From NCBI GenBank assembly GCA_963666275.2, contig CAXXOA010000001.1, positions 1,056,001 to 1,120,000 on the forward strand: DNA of 64,000 bases, written 5' to 3'. Each line of letters begins with the position of its first letter. Positions within the stretch are counted from its first letter, which is position 1. Source of the stretch: Oceanispirochaeta sp. (GTDB taxonomy: Bacteria > Spirochaetota > Spirochaetia > DSM-2461). The translations under genes were made by a program, and so were the position numbers. Below the pieces are notes generated by a model, which saw only the letters and a program-made list of their open reading frames with translations, was not told the DNA's origin and did not search any database. This document shows, one piece after another, positions 38,083 to 48,425 of the stretch.

Positions 38083-40431
38083 GTGCGTTTGTTTTCATTC
38101 AAATCATTTACATTCAAACTGATATTTATTATCGGACTGCTCTTCCTCTTTTCAGTTCTCTCCCTTCTGATACTTGTTGACAGACAGCTTCATAGTATTA
38201 TCGATAAAAGTCAGCAGACTCTGTTTGAAGGAAAGATTCAGATTCTCATTAATGATCTGGATACAACCAATGAAAGGCTCCTGAGGACAGGACTGGTTGA
38301 CGCGTATATTGATGATTTTCAGTCATCCTTTTTAAGAAATCTACAGGACACCTACTATGACAGTCCCGAGATCCTTCAGGAAGCCCCGTTTATTCTGGAC
38401 AGGAGCTTTACCATCCTGTCCCATCCCGTTCTTCCCGCGGGGGACCGTTCCCTTCAGGACATTTTCCGGAATCTTAAAAATCCCGAGGCCAGTGCCAGCG
38501 GAAGAGGTCGGGTTGCCGAGCACAGGGAGGGCCGGGAGAAAACCTGGTATATCTATAAGTTTTACTCCCCCTGGGGCTGGTATATCGGCTATTCACTTCC
38601 CTACAGTATCAAATACAGGGATCTCAGATTATTCAGAAACAATCTGATTATCCTGACATCAGTCCTCTCAATTATAGTCCTTGCGGTACTGGCTTTTCTC
38701 CTTTTGAATTTTACTTCTCCCATTATCCGGCTGACCCAGATAGCCGCGAAGATTGCCAGGGGGGAACTGGAACATCACATTGAAGTCAGGAATTCCGATG
38801 AAATCGGTCTCCTGGCAGGCAGTTTCGATGAAATGCAGAAGGCTGTCAAACAGAAAATTGAGGATCTGAAATGTGAAATTGCCGAACGGAAAAAGGCGGA
38901 AACCGCCCTTGTTGAAGCCAGGGAAGAGACGGGAAGCATTATCAATTCCATGCCTTCCGTGATTATTGCTCTGGATGAAAACAGAAGGGTAACGCAGTGG
39001 AACGATAAAGCAGAGGAGTATTTCGGTCTGAAATTCAATGACGTCAGGGGAAAGGACCTTTTTTCAGTATTTCCCGAGATTTCTGACTTTGCCTTGAGGA
39101 TCAGAAAGGATCTTGCTGCGGGAAAGATCTTTGAAGAGGTCAGATCCCGGTTTTCAGGTGAGGGAAAAACTCTGTATGAAAACGTGACTGTCTATCCCCT
39201 GTTCATCCCCTCCCGGGAGGAAGGCGCAGCGGTCTCCCGGGGAGCTGTCATAAGAATTGACGATATCACAGAAAAGAAAAAGCTGGAGCAGCAGCTGTCA
39301 CACGCCATGAAAATGGAGGCTGTGGGGCATCTGGCCGGGGGAGTCGCCCATGATTTCAACAATATGCTTACCGGAATCTCCGGGGCTGCCCAGATTCTCA
39401 AACTCCACGGGGCTTTTGAAAAGGAGGAGGACAGCCAGTATCTGGATATGATCCTGGAAGCTTCTTCCAGAGCGGGAGATCTCACAGGAAAACTGCTCTC
39501 ATTCTCCCGCCGTTCCGATCTGACGGACCTGCCTATAGACCTTTCAAAAGTGCTCCGGGATACTATGGTCCTTCTGGAAAGGACGATTGATAAAAAAGTC
39601 AGAATACATGTCAGTGAGACCGCGGAAAATACCGTCATATCGGGAGAGTATTCGGATCTGCAGAACTGTCTTCTCAATCTGGCGCTGAATGCCTCCCATG
39701 CCATGCCCGAAGGGGGAGAGCTCTTTCTGCAGACACGCAATCTGACCCTGGGGGAATCCTACTGCCGGATCAGTCCCTTCTCCATTGAACCGGGAGAGTA
39801 TGTCGAGCTTGAAGTCAGAGATACGGGAACCGGAATCAGCCCGGAGAATCTGGACAGGATCTTTGATCCTTTTTTTACAACAAAAAGCCGGGATAAAGGG
39901 ACCGGACTGGGACTCTCATCGGTCTATTCCAGCGTCAAGAATCATCACGGCGAAATCCGCGTGTACAGCGAAGTCGGAGTGGGAACCGTATTTCATCTGT
40001 ATCTGCCCTGTATTGAATCCAGGGGAGGGGCAGAGATTCCCGGAGAAACCAGAAGGGGAACCGGAACCATCCTGTTCATTGACGATGAAAAGCTTGTCAG
40101 ACTGACTGCCAGACCCATGCTGGAAGGGCTTGGATATGAAGTGATCGATGTAGATAACGGCAGGGAAGGGATCGAAATCTACAGAGAACGGAAAGAGGAT
40201 ATCGATCTTGTGATTACCGATATGATCATGCCTGAAATTGACGGCAGGGAAGTTTTTACAGCTCTCAGAAAGATTGACCCCGATGTGAGAGTCATTATTT
40301 CCTCGGGATTCACTCCTCCTGATATTTTAAGGGAACTTAACGGGAAGGGCCTGAGCGGTTTTATACAGAAACCCTATAAACAGAAAGAATTCAGTACACT
40401 GATTCATAAAGTCCTTACAGGAGAGGAGTAA
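38083..40431 (+). CDS. Hybrid sensor histidine kinase (HAMP-PAS-HK-receiver)
   Basis: AHDFNN, DTGTGI, FFTTK..GTGLGL, receiver IDDE / TDMIMP / KP. Confidence 0.93.
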   Translation: MRLFSFKSFTFKLIFIIGLLFLFSVLSLLILVDRQLHSIIDKSQQTLFEGKIQILINDLDTTNERLLRTGLVDAYIDDFQSSFLRNLQDTYYDSPEILQEAPFILDRSFTILSHPVLPAGDRSLQDIFRNLKNPEASASGRGRVAEHREGREKTWYIYKFYSPWGWYIGYSLPYSIKYRDLRLFRNNLIILTSVLSIIVLAVLAFLLLNFTSPIIRLTQIAAKIARGELEHHIEVRNSDEIGLLAGSFDEMQKAVKQKIEDLKCEIAERKKAETALVEAREETGSIINSMPSVIIALDENRRVTQWNDKAEEYFGLKFNDVRGKDLFSVFPEISDFALRIRKDLAAGKIFEEVRSRFSGEGKTLYENVTVYPLFIPSREEGAAVSRGAVIRIDDITEKKKLEQQLSHAMKMEAVGHLAGGVAHDFNNMLTGISGAAQILKLHGAFEKEEDSQYLDMILEASSRAGDLTGKLLSFSRRSDLTDLPIDLSKVLRDTMVLLERTIDKKVRIHVSETAENTVISGEYSDLQNCLLNLALNASHAMPEGGELFLQTRNLTLGESYCRISPFSIEPGEYVELEVRDTGTGISPENLDRIFDPFFTTKSRDKGTGLGLSSVYSSVKNHHGEIRVYSEVGVGTVFHLYLPCIESRGGAEIPGETRRGTGTILFIDDEKLVRLTARPMLEGLGYEVIDVDNGREGIEIYRERKEDIDLVITDMIMPEIDGREVFTALRKIDPDVRVIISSGFTPPDILRELNGKGLSGFIQKPYKQKEFSTLIHKVLTGEE

Positions 40432-40580
40432 ACTCTCTTTATCATTTTCTGAAGTTGCCTCTATGATCACATTGAAAAAAAGGAAGATAGCCAATGAATG
40501 AACATACAGATTATTCCCGCTTAACCCGGGATATTCAGGAAATGCCTTGCCCTTTGAAGGGACCGCTGAGATAATAGGGT

Positions 40581-41309
40581 ATGGAAAAAATATCGTTAAA
40601 GAACAGTCAAATCCTGATTACAGGAGCTTCCCGGGGGATCGGCAGAGCCGCAGCCCTGGCTCTGGCGGAAGAAGGAGCCTTTCTCTACCTGGTCAGCCGT
40701 TCTGGGCAGGCACTGGAAGGTGTCAAAAAAGAAATTGAACAGAAAGGCGGCAAGGCGCTCTGCCTGCCTGTGGATCTGGCCGGGAGCAAGGGCCCCGAGT
40801 CTCTTGTAAAAGCATTGAAGGAGCATACTGACTCAGTGGATGTGCTTATCAATAATGCCGGAGCGGCCCTTTCCGCTCCTGTGGAAGAGTCGACCCCTGA
40901 AGACTGGGACAGAATCATGACTCTCAATGCCAGGACTCCCTACTTTCTCACACAGGCCCTTCTGCCCCTTATGGAGTCTTCCTCAGTCAAAACAATGATC
41001 AATATCGCTTCGGTGGTGGCCACGGCGGGGTATCCCCTGCAGTCGATCTATACAGCATCAAAGCATGCCCTGATCGGATTCAGCAAATCCCTGGCCAGGG
41101 AACTCCAGCCCCGGGGGTATAGAATCCACGTCCTGTCTCCGGGGGGAGTGGCCACGGATATGGTCACAGGTGTCAGACCGGATATCAATACGGAAGAACT
41201 GATCGGACCGGAGGAGCTGGGCGAGTGGATCCGCTTCCTTCTTACCTGCAGAGGAAACGGTATGGTCGATCATATTCAGATCCGGAGAGAGACGAAACTG
41301 CCCTGGTAG
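40581..41309 (+). CDS. Short-chain dehydrogenase/reductase
   Basis: TGASRGIG, NNAG, YTASK. Confidence 0.92.
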   Translation: MEKISLKNSQILITGASRGIGRAAALALAEEGAFLYLVSRSGQALEGVKKEIEQKGGKALCLPVDLAGSKGPESLVKALKEHTDSVDVLINNAGAALSAPVEESTPEDWDRIMTLNARTPYFLTQALLPLMESSSVKTMINIASVVATAGYPLQSIYTASKHALIGFSKSLARELQPRGYRIHVLSPGGVATDMVTGVRPDINTEELIGPEELGEWIRFLLTCRGNGMVDHIQIRRETKLPW

Positions 41310-41368
41310 GTATATAAATATTGGAAAATGGTAATCCCGGGTGTATTATTACAGTAACGGGGGGGCTT

Positions 41369-41617
41369 ATGAGGATTCCAATACGTAAAGAGGGAAGCTC
41401 AGTGGTGCTGGAACTGCCGGCCGAGGCATGGGAGAACTGTGACCACGGAGAGTCTGTGGATGTGGAGATCCTCAACGGAGGACTGCTTATAAAACCAGTG
41501 AATTCCCGTTGCCGTTCGGACTGGAAGGAAAGTCTGAAAAATATGAAAGAGAGGGGCGTGGATAATCTCCTTATCGAAGAACCCTCTCTTGTAAAGATGG
41601 ATGACTGGGAATGGTGA
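41369..41617 (+). CDS. AbrB/MazE-type antitoxin
   Basis: IRKEGSSVVLELP AbrB-like N-terminus, DDWEW C-terminus; overlaps the toxin gene. Confidence 0.75.
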   Translation: MRIPIRKEGSSVVLELPAEAWENCDHGESVDVEILNGGLLIKPVNSRCRSDWKESLKNMKERGVDNLLIEEPSLVKMDDWEW

Positions 41618-41934
41618 TAAGTCAATTTGATATCTGTCTGATAAATCTGGATAAAGTCGTTTCCCGGGATATAAGCAAAACCCGGTTCTGCCTTATCCTC
41701 TCTCCCACGGAAATGATCGAATCCCTTTCGACCATTCTGATCGCTCCCATGTCGACCCGGGTTCAGTCCGGCCCTACCAGGCTGGAAGTTTCCCTGGAGG
41801 GAAAGAAAGGACTGATCGTTCTGGACCAGATCCGGACAATCCGGAATAACCGTCTGATCCGCCGGCTGGGACATCTGGATGAAGAGTCCTCCCGGCAGGT
41901 CAAGAGCATTCTGGCCGAAATCTTCCTGCTCTGA
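41611..41934 (+). CDS. mazF: PemK/MazF-family toxin (divergent)
   Basis: KTRFCLILSP, IAPMST, LDQIRTI..RLIRRLG. Confidence 0.8.
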   Translation: MVISQFDICLINLDKVVSRDISKTRFCLILSPTEMIESLSTILIAPMSTRVQSGPTRLEVSLEGKKGLIVLDQIRTIRNNRLIRRLGHLDEESSRQVKSILAEIFLL

Positions 41935-41937
41935 TGG

Positions 41938-43207
41938 CTATTTCATCCGAATATTGTTCCGTCCCGATTTCTTGGCTGAGTAGAGCCGTTCATCCGCCAG
42001 CTGCAGAAGTTTCGTCGAATCTTCCCCCTCCCATTCAATCAGTCCGCCGCTGAAGGATACATGCAGTTCCTCGCTGATCCCGGGGAAGGACATTTCATGG
42101 AAGGTTTTCCGCAATCGGTCGGTTATTCCAAATGCGGTTTCACAATCCGTATCAGGCAGGATCAGCATAAACTCCTCTCCGCCGTAGCGGCCGAAAATAT
42201 CATAGTCTCTGATATTCTCCGTAAAATGGCTGCTCAAAGCTTTGAGTATCTGATCGCCATTGGGATGACCGTAGGTATCATTAACCAGTTTGAACTTATC
42301 TATATCAAGCAGCAGGAGAGAGAGGGTGCTGATTCCTCCGGGCAATACTGATCTCCCGGGATAATCTGTCCATCAGGTATCTGTGGTTTTTAACACCCGT
42401 CAGGCCGTCGGTTATCGACATCTCCTCCATGATTTTGTTCTGCTCATCCAGTTTTTTCATCATCTGATAACTTCTGTAACTGCTTTTGAGTCTGGCAAAA
42501 AGCAGACGGGCGTCATAGGGTTTTATGATGTAGTCGTCAGCTCCTGAATCCAGTACATGGACAATGGTATTGTATTTTTCCAGAGAGGACACAGCGATGA
42601 TCACAGCGTAGGGATACTTCCGGCGCAGTTCCTGAACCACTTCTTCTCCCGACATACCGGGAAGGACAAGGTCGATCAGGTAAATGTCATAAGGAGTTGG
42701 ATCCTTTAGAAATTCAAGGGGATCAGTAAAAGTCCGGATATTTTCAATCTGATACATGCTCAGCATGGTTTTTGCTGTGTTCAGACTTAACTGGCTGTCA
42801 TCCAGAATCGCCACCGAAGCCGATCCCAGTTTGCTGATCATATGGATCTGATTTTCAAAATGGTTCAGATGCTTTTCCAGATTTTCCGGAGTGAATTTTT
42901 CTTTTCTTATAAAATCGACAACACCCAGGTTAAAATACTTTTTCCTCAGTTCAAAAGTGTCGTTCGATGTGATCAGGATAACGGGTATCTCTCTGAAGGG
43001 AGATTTTTCCAGTTTCCTCAAAAGGGCTTCAAGGTTTCCGTCCCGCAGCTCCTGACCGCTCAGGATCAGGTCTATTTTCTGTTTCTCAAGGATTTCCCAG
43101 GCTTCGGCTATAGAGGAGCCCCCCAGAAACTCCAGGGATTCATAAAGATTGGATTTCTGTATTGCCTTCTTAAAAAAGCTGCTAAAGTCCAGATGCAGTA
43201 TTTTCAT
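41938..43207 (-). pseudogene. Response-regulator diguanylate cyclase (REC-REC-GGDEF), frameshifted near 42320
   Basis: ORF 42305-43207 ends ...TDGLTG..RRNQHPLS. The continuation LLLDIDKFK..RYGGEEF is in another frame. Confidence 0.85.
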
Positions 43208-43548
43208 AAACTTAAATTTAATACCTTATTTTCCTTAATATTTAATTATATGTACATAAAATGGAGTAATGCCACTTTTCCCAGATGTTCCTGTTTAACA
43301 TAAATAGGGGGGGAATATAAAGCATATCTTGTTTTCTTTCATTTTTCTGAAGCTACATTTTCTAAAATAGAGAAGAATCTTTGGCGGTAAAATGATTATA
43401 TGGTTTGTAATAATTACCACCAGTAAAAAGAGATATTTATTGCATCGGTGAAATATGATATACTGGGTACGACATACTACTCTTCAATCAGCTGTTCCGA
43501 AAATTTTGTTTTTTATAAAAATTTTCATACCAAGAATGGAGGATCTTT

Positions 43549-44709
43549 ATGAAAAAAGTACTTTTACTGGTTTTTGCTTTCCTATCAATTTCGGTTAATC
43601 TCTTTTCAGTTGAACCAGAAAAAGAAGTTATTGCCATCCTTGATCTTTCTATTAATGAAGTAAATGAAAATGAGATGGCGGTTCTGCTGGATTTTATTTT
43701 CTCCAGTCTTGTTAATACAAATTCCTATACGGTTATTGACAGAAACCAGAGAGATGAAGTCTTGAAAGAGCAGAGGTTTTCTCTCTCCGGTGTATCCAGC
43801 AATGAGACTGCAGTTGAAATCGGAGAGTTGCTTTCTGCTCAGTACATTGTTACAGGAAGTCTGGGAAAGGTCGGGCAGAGGTATATCATAAATCTGAAGC
43901 TCATTGATGTAGAATCAACAGAGACCATACAATCCATTTCAGAGAAATATACCACTTTTGATGATATTCTGGATGATACGGATAGATTGGCTATTTTTTT
44001 GACAGAGTCCCTGGACAGGGAAATGCAGTCTTTAAAACAAAATGACTTGGGAATGCTCGATCTGACTCTCTTTGATCAGACAAATTCTCTCATTAAGGAT
44101 GGTTTAACGGCTAATTATGAGATGGTCCGTGAAAGGAGCAGGCTCTTGAGTCCTGCTGAAAAAAAAGCCTTGTATGACAGGAACAGCAGAAATGCCCTGA
44201 AAGGTGCTATTGTAAATACTCTCCCTGGTTTTGGAGTCGGCTCATATCTCAATCATAATAAGACAGCAGGCGTATCACTCATGGTTTCTGATATTATTGC
44301 CGCCTCCCTTATCTTTACAGGCGGAGTTATCGGATATTTCAATAATGAAGACTGGAAAGAGGAGCATTCCGAATACTGGGTAGAAGATTCTGACGGAGGC
44401 GATGACTGGAATGGTGACAGAGGGGATTTTATAGATGAGAACGGAAATGTCATTGTTAATCCGGACTTTAAATTCTATGATACGGCTTTCCAGTCGGGTC
44501 TCATTCTCTTCGGTCTGACCAGAATTGCCGGAATAGTTATTCCTTCTGTTTTCACATCTAAATACAATGAAAAGCTGAGCGATTCACTGAATTTGTATTC
44601 AGAAGGAAATAAGGAGAAAGTTTCAGTAAATATGCAGATTCTTCCAGCCATATCTCCGTTGAATCCAACCCTGGTGGGTGTGTACACCGGGATCGGTTTA
44701 CAGTGGTAG
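43549..44709 (+). CDS. Secreted/outer-membrane protein: CsgG/LpoB-like N-domain plus P13-porin-like C-domain
   Basis: Signal peptide; VIDR..VLKEQ.FSLSG..AVEIGELL; LYDRN..VNTLPGFGVGSY; ends in GLQW. Confidence 0.65.
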   Translation: MKKVLLLVFAFLSISVNLFSVEPEKEVIAILDLSINEVNENEMAVLLDFIFSSLVNTNSYTVIDRNQRDEVLKEQRFSLSGVSSNETAVEIGELLSAQYIVTGSLGKVGQRYIINLKLIDVESTETIQSISEKYTTFDDILDDTDRLAIFLTESLDREMQSLKQNDLGMLDLTLFDQTNSLIKDGLTANYEMVRERSRLLSPAEKKALYDRNSRNALKGAIVNTLPGFGVGSYLNHNKTAGVSLMVSDIIAASLIFTGGVIGYFNNEDWKEEHSEYWVEDSDGGDDWNGDRGDFIDENGNVIVNPDFKFYDTAFQSGLILFGLTRIAGIVIPSVFTSKYNEKLSDSLNLYSEGNKEKVSVNMQILPAISPLNPTLVGVYTGIGLQW

Positions 44710-45134
44710 ATTTATTTTAAAATTGAAGCTGTAGATAAGCGCTTTGAAGATATCAATTCAAGGTATTCAGAATCCCGGAGGATACAAACTGATGGTATAT
44801 AGAACTCCGGGATGATATGGTTAAACACTACAATTGACTTTCTATCTTCCTTACCAGAATCTTTCTACCCCTGACCGGGGAGTAGAAGCAGTGATTGGTT
44901 GATACTCTCTTCAGTGAAATCCCCTGAAATAATATAACTTAAAAGAATCCTGTAGAAAATCATTTTACCGTTCCCTGTTCCGGTCCGGACAGAACAATCT
45001 GAAATGAATTATTTGCTTAATCCTTCTGCCGGATTCTATATTTAATAGGTAAAGTGACGGATGCAGATTTTGCGCCGATCACAGTATCACTTCTACATAC
45101 CGTCTCAGTCTATAGTCATAATCGGGGGATTGGT

Positions 45135-45749
45135 ATGAACAGAAGGTTTCTAAAAAGAATATTTTTTATACTATTTTTAACATTTACGGTAACGCTATGG
45201 CTTTCAGGGGCAGAACCGGCCGGACCAGACAAGAGGCTTTCAGTTCTGGGAGGTTTCGGAGTATCCAGCGCACGGGGCGATTATCCTTCAGAGTTTGATG
45301 CCAGGAGCGATTTTTCCTTTACTCCCGGGGTACGTCTCAAAGTTGAGGAGCTGCTGCTGGAGGAATCCTATTTCTTCTTTGATCTGGGTTACCTGGAAAC
45401 AGGTTTTGTGGGGTATGTGAGTCCTACGGACACCTACTTCTACAACACATATACCTATCTCAACCTTAATGTCATGATAGGAAAGCTCTACCAGAAACTC
45501 TACTATGCCGGGGGAATTTACCTGGGTATAGGACTGGATGCCTATAGTTATAAAGAGTATGAAGATAAATGGGGCTCCTTTGATCCTAACAATGATTTCG
45601 GTATTGTTGTTGAAGTCGGAGCCGATATTACAACCTTCCTCTCTCTGGGAGTACAGGGCAGATACGGTCTGACAAGTATCGGTTCCAAAGTGGATATCAA
45701 GAATCAGGGAATCTTGGGGACTATCAGTTTCCATGTCCTGAGGTTTTGA
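45135..45749 (+). CDS. Small outer-membrane beta-barrel protein
   Basis: Signal peptide, alternating aromatic beta strands, GRYGLT, C-terminal F. Confidence 0.7.
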   Translation: MNRRFLKRIFFILFLTFTVTLWLSGAEPAGPDKRLSVLGGFGVSSARGDYPSEFDARSDFSFTPGVRLKVEELLLEESYFFFDLGYLETGFVGYVSPTDTYFYNTYTYLNLNVMIGKLYQKLYYAGGIYLGIGLDAYSYKEYEDKWGSFDPNNDFGIVVEVGADITTFLSLGVQGRYGLTSIGSKVDIKNQGILGTISFHVLRF

Positions 45750-45876
45750 AACTAGCGGTTTACCGTACTTCCTGTAGACATGGATAAACATTTCAACAGA
45801 CTCTATATTTTTCTTTCAGAAATATTCCTGATCTTGATGGGAGAGATCTTGGCCATCTTTCTCCGTTGAGCCATCC

Positions 45877-47091
45877 CTAAACCACTGATCCTTCATAGAT
45901 CTCCGCCAGTTCAGGAAAGGGTTCCAGCGCCCGGGGCAGAAGGCCGTTTGCCCAGGCCAGGAAGAGGCCGTAGTTTAATACGGGCACATTTTTTTCCCTG
46001 AAGGCGTTCAGACGGGAGTGCATGGCTTTCTGGGTGGTCATACAGCCGCCGCAGTGGATAATCAGATCCCATTCCCCGGGATTATCCGGGAGCTGACGGC
46101 TGTGGGAGAATTCCACCCGGGAACCTACGAGCTGACGGAAGAGCCGGGGGATTTTCACTGTACCCAGATCTTCGGCCTGCCTGTGATGGGAGCAGGCTTC
46201 CATTACCAGGACTCTACCGTTTACCGGAAAGTTCTGCAGAGCCTTCAGGCTGCGGATGAACAGCTCGGGATCTCCTTTCTTGCGGGCAAAGAGCAGGGAG
46301 AACGAGGTCAGAGGCTGATCTTCAGGCAGGTCCGCCGCCACTTTATGAAAGGCCTGGCTGTCTGTTATAACAAGGGAGGGTTTGATCCCCAGGTTGTGAT
46401 AGAGAGAGTAGAGCTCCCTTTCCTTGACGATCAGAGCGGCACAGTCCCGGTCCAGCAGATCCCGGATGGTCTCCACCTGGGGCAGGATCAGCCGTCCGGC
46501 GGGAGCGGCCAGATCGATAGGGGTCACAAGGAGCACCAGGTCCTGCTCTTTCACAAGGCCTTCCACGGGAGTCATCTCCCTGTGAATCTCCTTGTCCAGC
46601 TTCTCTATTTTCCGGATCAGCTCTTCCGAGGATTTTTCTTTCGTATTGTCCAGCAGGATCCTTTTTTCCGGAGGAAAGAAACTCATCTTGTTTTCCAGAA
46701 CATCCCGGTCCGCAAAAGTGATGACTCCGATCCAGGGAAGGTTCTTCTCTTCCAGCCAGGCCAGAAGGTCTTTTTCACTGGCCGTGACCTCCCTGTCTCC
46801 GGGGGACACAAAGAGGATCACATCCGCCGCTTCCATCCGCTCCCTGGATTTGCGGATCCTCTGTTCCCCCAGGTCTCCCAGGTCATCCAGTCCCGCTGTA
46901 TCGGTCAGGGCGCACATACCCAGTCTGCCCAGCTCGATTTTACGGGTCACCGGGTCTGTGGTGGTTCCGGGGGTATCCGAGACGATGGCTACCTCTTTCT
47001 GAAAGAGGTTGTTCATCAGGGACGATTTTCCCGCATTCCTGACTCCCGCCAGGACAATTCTCGTCAGTTCTGCAAGGGGGGTGCTGCTCAT
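45877..47091 (-). CDS. hydF: [FeFe]-hydrogenase maturation GTPase
   Basis: GVRNAGKS, GTTTDPV, DTAG, GRLILPQV, CSHH, HCGGC. Confidence 0.95.
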   Translation of the reverse strand: MSSTPLAELTRIVLAGVRNAGKSSLMNNLFQKEVAIVSDTPGTTTDPVTRKIELGRLGMCALTDTAGLDDLGDLGEQRIRKSRERMEAADVILFVSPGDREVTASEKDLLAWLEEKNLPWIGVITFADRDVLENKMSFFPPEKRILLDNTKEKSSEELIRKIEKLDKEIHREMTPVEGLVKEQDLVLLVTPIDLAAPAGRLILPQVETIRDLLDRDCAALIVKERELYSLYHNLGIKPSLVITDSQAFHKVAADLPEDQPLTSFSLLFARKKGDPELFIRSLKALQNFPVNGRVLVMEACSHHRQAEDLGTVKIPRLFRQLVGSRVEFSHSRQLPDNPGEWDLIIHCGGCMTTQKAMHSRLNAFREKNVPVLNYGLFLAWANGLLPRALEPFPELAEIYEGSVV

Positions 47092-48425
47092 TGGGATCCT
47101 CCTGTGGTAAATCCAGTCAGTTTATAGGGGGTAAATTTTTCCGTCAGGTACTCTTTGCTCAGGTCTGTGTTCTCAGCCAGCCAGAGGATAAGCTCCTCTT
47201 TCGTAACCAGTCCCGCCTCTTTTATCCGGAGGATCAGCTCCTTCAGGCCGCTGTATCCCAGCTCATCTTTCAGGGAGTTCAGCAGTGCAGGGCTGTTGAC
47301 CAGGCGGGATTCCATTTCCCTCCTGTCGGGCACCAGGGCTTCCATCAGGGGGCCCGAGGCGCAGGCAAGGGCTTTGCCCAGCCTGGTATGAAGACGGATC
47401 ATCTGCTCAGCCAGAAAGGGCAGGTTTGCATTGAGCTGCAGCTGGCCGCTCCGGCTGTACTCCCTGATCAGTCCGGCCGTGGACGAAACTTCCATGCACA
47501 GCCCCCGGATCAGTTCCAGAAGGACAGGGTTCGATTTATAGGGCATGATGGTGGAACCGTACTGCAGTTCCCTGTGCCGGATCTCTCCGCTCAGGGAGGA
47601 GGTATACAGAAGAAGATCCGAGGTCATTTTGTATAGGTTCTCGCCGCAGAGGGCCATTCCCGAGGCTGTTTCGGCCAGAGAGTCCGTATGGGCCACCTGG
47701 TCACAGAGGTTCTGACTCCGGCAGAGGGGATAGGATGTGATTCTGCGGAGCTGCTTTTCCGCGGCAAAAACATACTCCCGGGGGGCCGAGAATCCAGTTC
47801 CTATGGCGGTTCCCCCCAGAGGGATGGTCCTCAGGCGTTCTTTCAGTTTATTCAGCCGCCACCGGTCCCTCTCCACAGGGCCGGCCCAGGCGCTGTAAAC
47901 CTGGCCCAGAGTCATAGGGAGGGCATCCTGAAGCTCTGTGCGGCCGCAATGGAGCCACTCCTCATAAAGAGTCTCTCTGGAAACCAGTTCCTCCTGCAGT
48001 CGGACCACACTCGTCTCCGTCTCTTCGAGAAAACGGAAGGTCATCAGGATGACGGCGGTTGAAAAAGTATCATTAGTGGACTGGAAGCGGGCCAGATGGT
48101 CCAGGGGATGGGCCCGGAATGTGCCGTCATATTTCTCATTGGTTCTGTTTGCCAGAACTTCGCAGATGTTCATGTGAAGGCTGGTTCCCGCACCGCCCTG
48201 GGCCAGGGGAAGGGGAAAGTGATCATCCAGGTCTCCCCGGATAATCTCCCGGGCGCTTTCCTCCAGCAGAGGAAAGTAATCTTCAGGATAGAGAGACGCC
48301 GTCTCCTGCTGCGCCCTCAGAGCGGCCAGTTTGACCTCTCCGTAAGCCCGGATCATTTCCCGGGGAGTCCTGTCCTCTCCCAGTATCTCAAGGGCTTTCC
48401 GGGTTTCTTCTCCGTAGTAGTTCAT
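47088..48425 (-). CDS. Aspartate ammonia-lyase-like protein (fumarase/aspartase superfamily)
   Basis: YYGEET, QGGAGTS, QSTND, GRTELQDA, GGTAIGTG, GSTIMPYKSNP. Confidence 0.85.
   Translation of the reverse strand: MNYYGEETRKALEILGEDRTPREMIRAYGEVKLAALRAQQETASLYPEDYFPLLEESAREIIRGDLDDHFPLPLAQGGAGTSLHMNICEVLANRTNEKYDGTFRAHPLDHLARFQSTNDTFSTAVILMTFRFLEETETSVVRLQEELVSRETLYEEWLHCGRTELQDALPMTLGQVYSAWAGPVERDRWRLNKLKERLRTIPLGGTAIGTGFSAPREYVFAAEKQLRRITSYPLCRSQNLCDQVAHTDSLAETASGMALCGENLYKMTSDLLLYTSSLSGEIRHRELQYGSTIMPYKSNPVLLELIRGLCMEVSSTAGLIREYSRSGQLQLNANLPFLAEQMIRLHTRLGKALACASGPLMEALVPDRREMESRLVNSPALLNSLKDELGYSGLKELILRIKEAGLVTKEELILWLAENTDLSKEYLTEKFTPYKLTGFTTGGSQ

Noticed and set aside
44772..44886. Intergenic inverted repeats (atcccggag/ctccgggat; ttctacccc/ggggagtagaa)
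   Set aside because: Single short hairpins with no other copy in the window and no recognisable RNA family.
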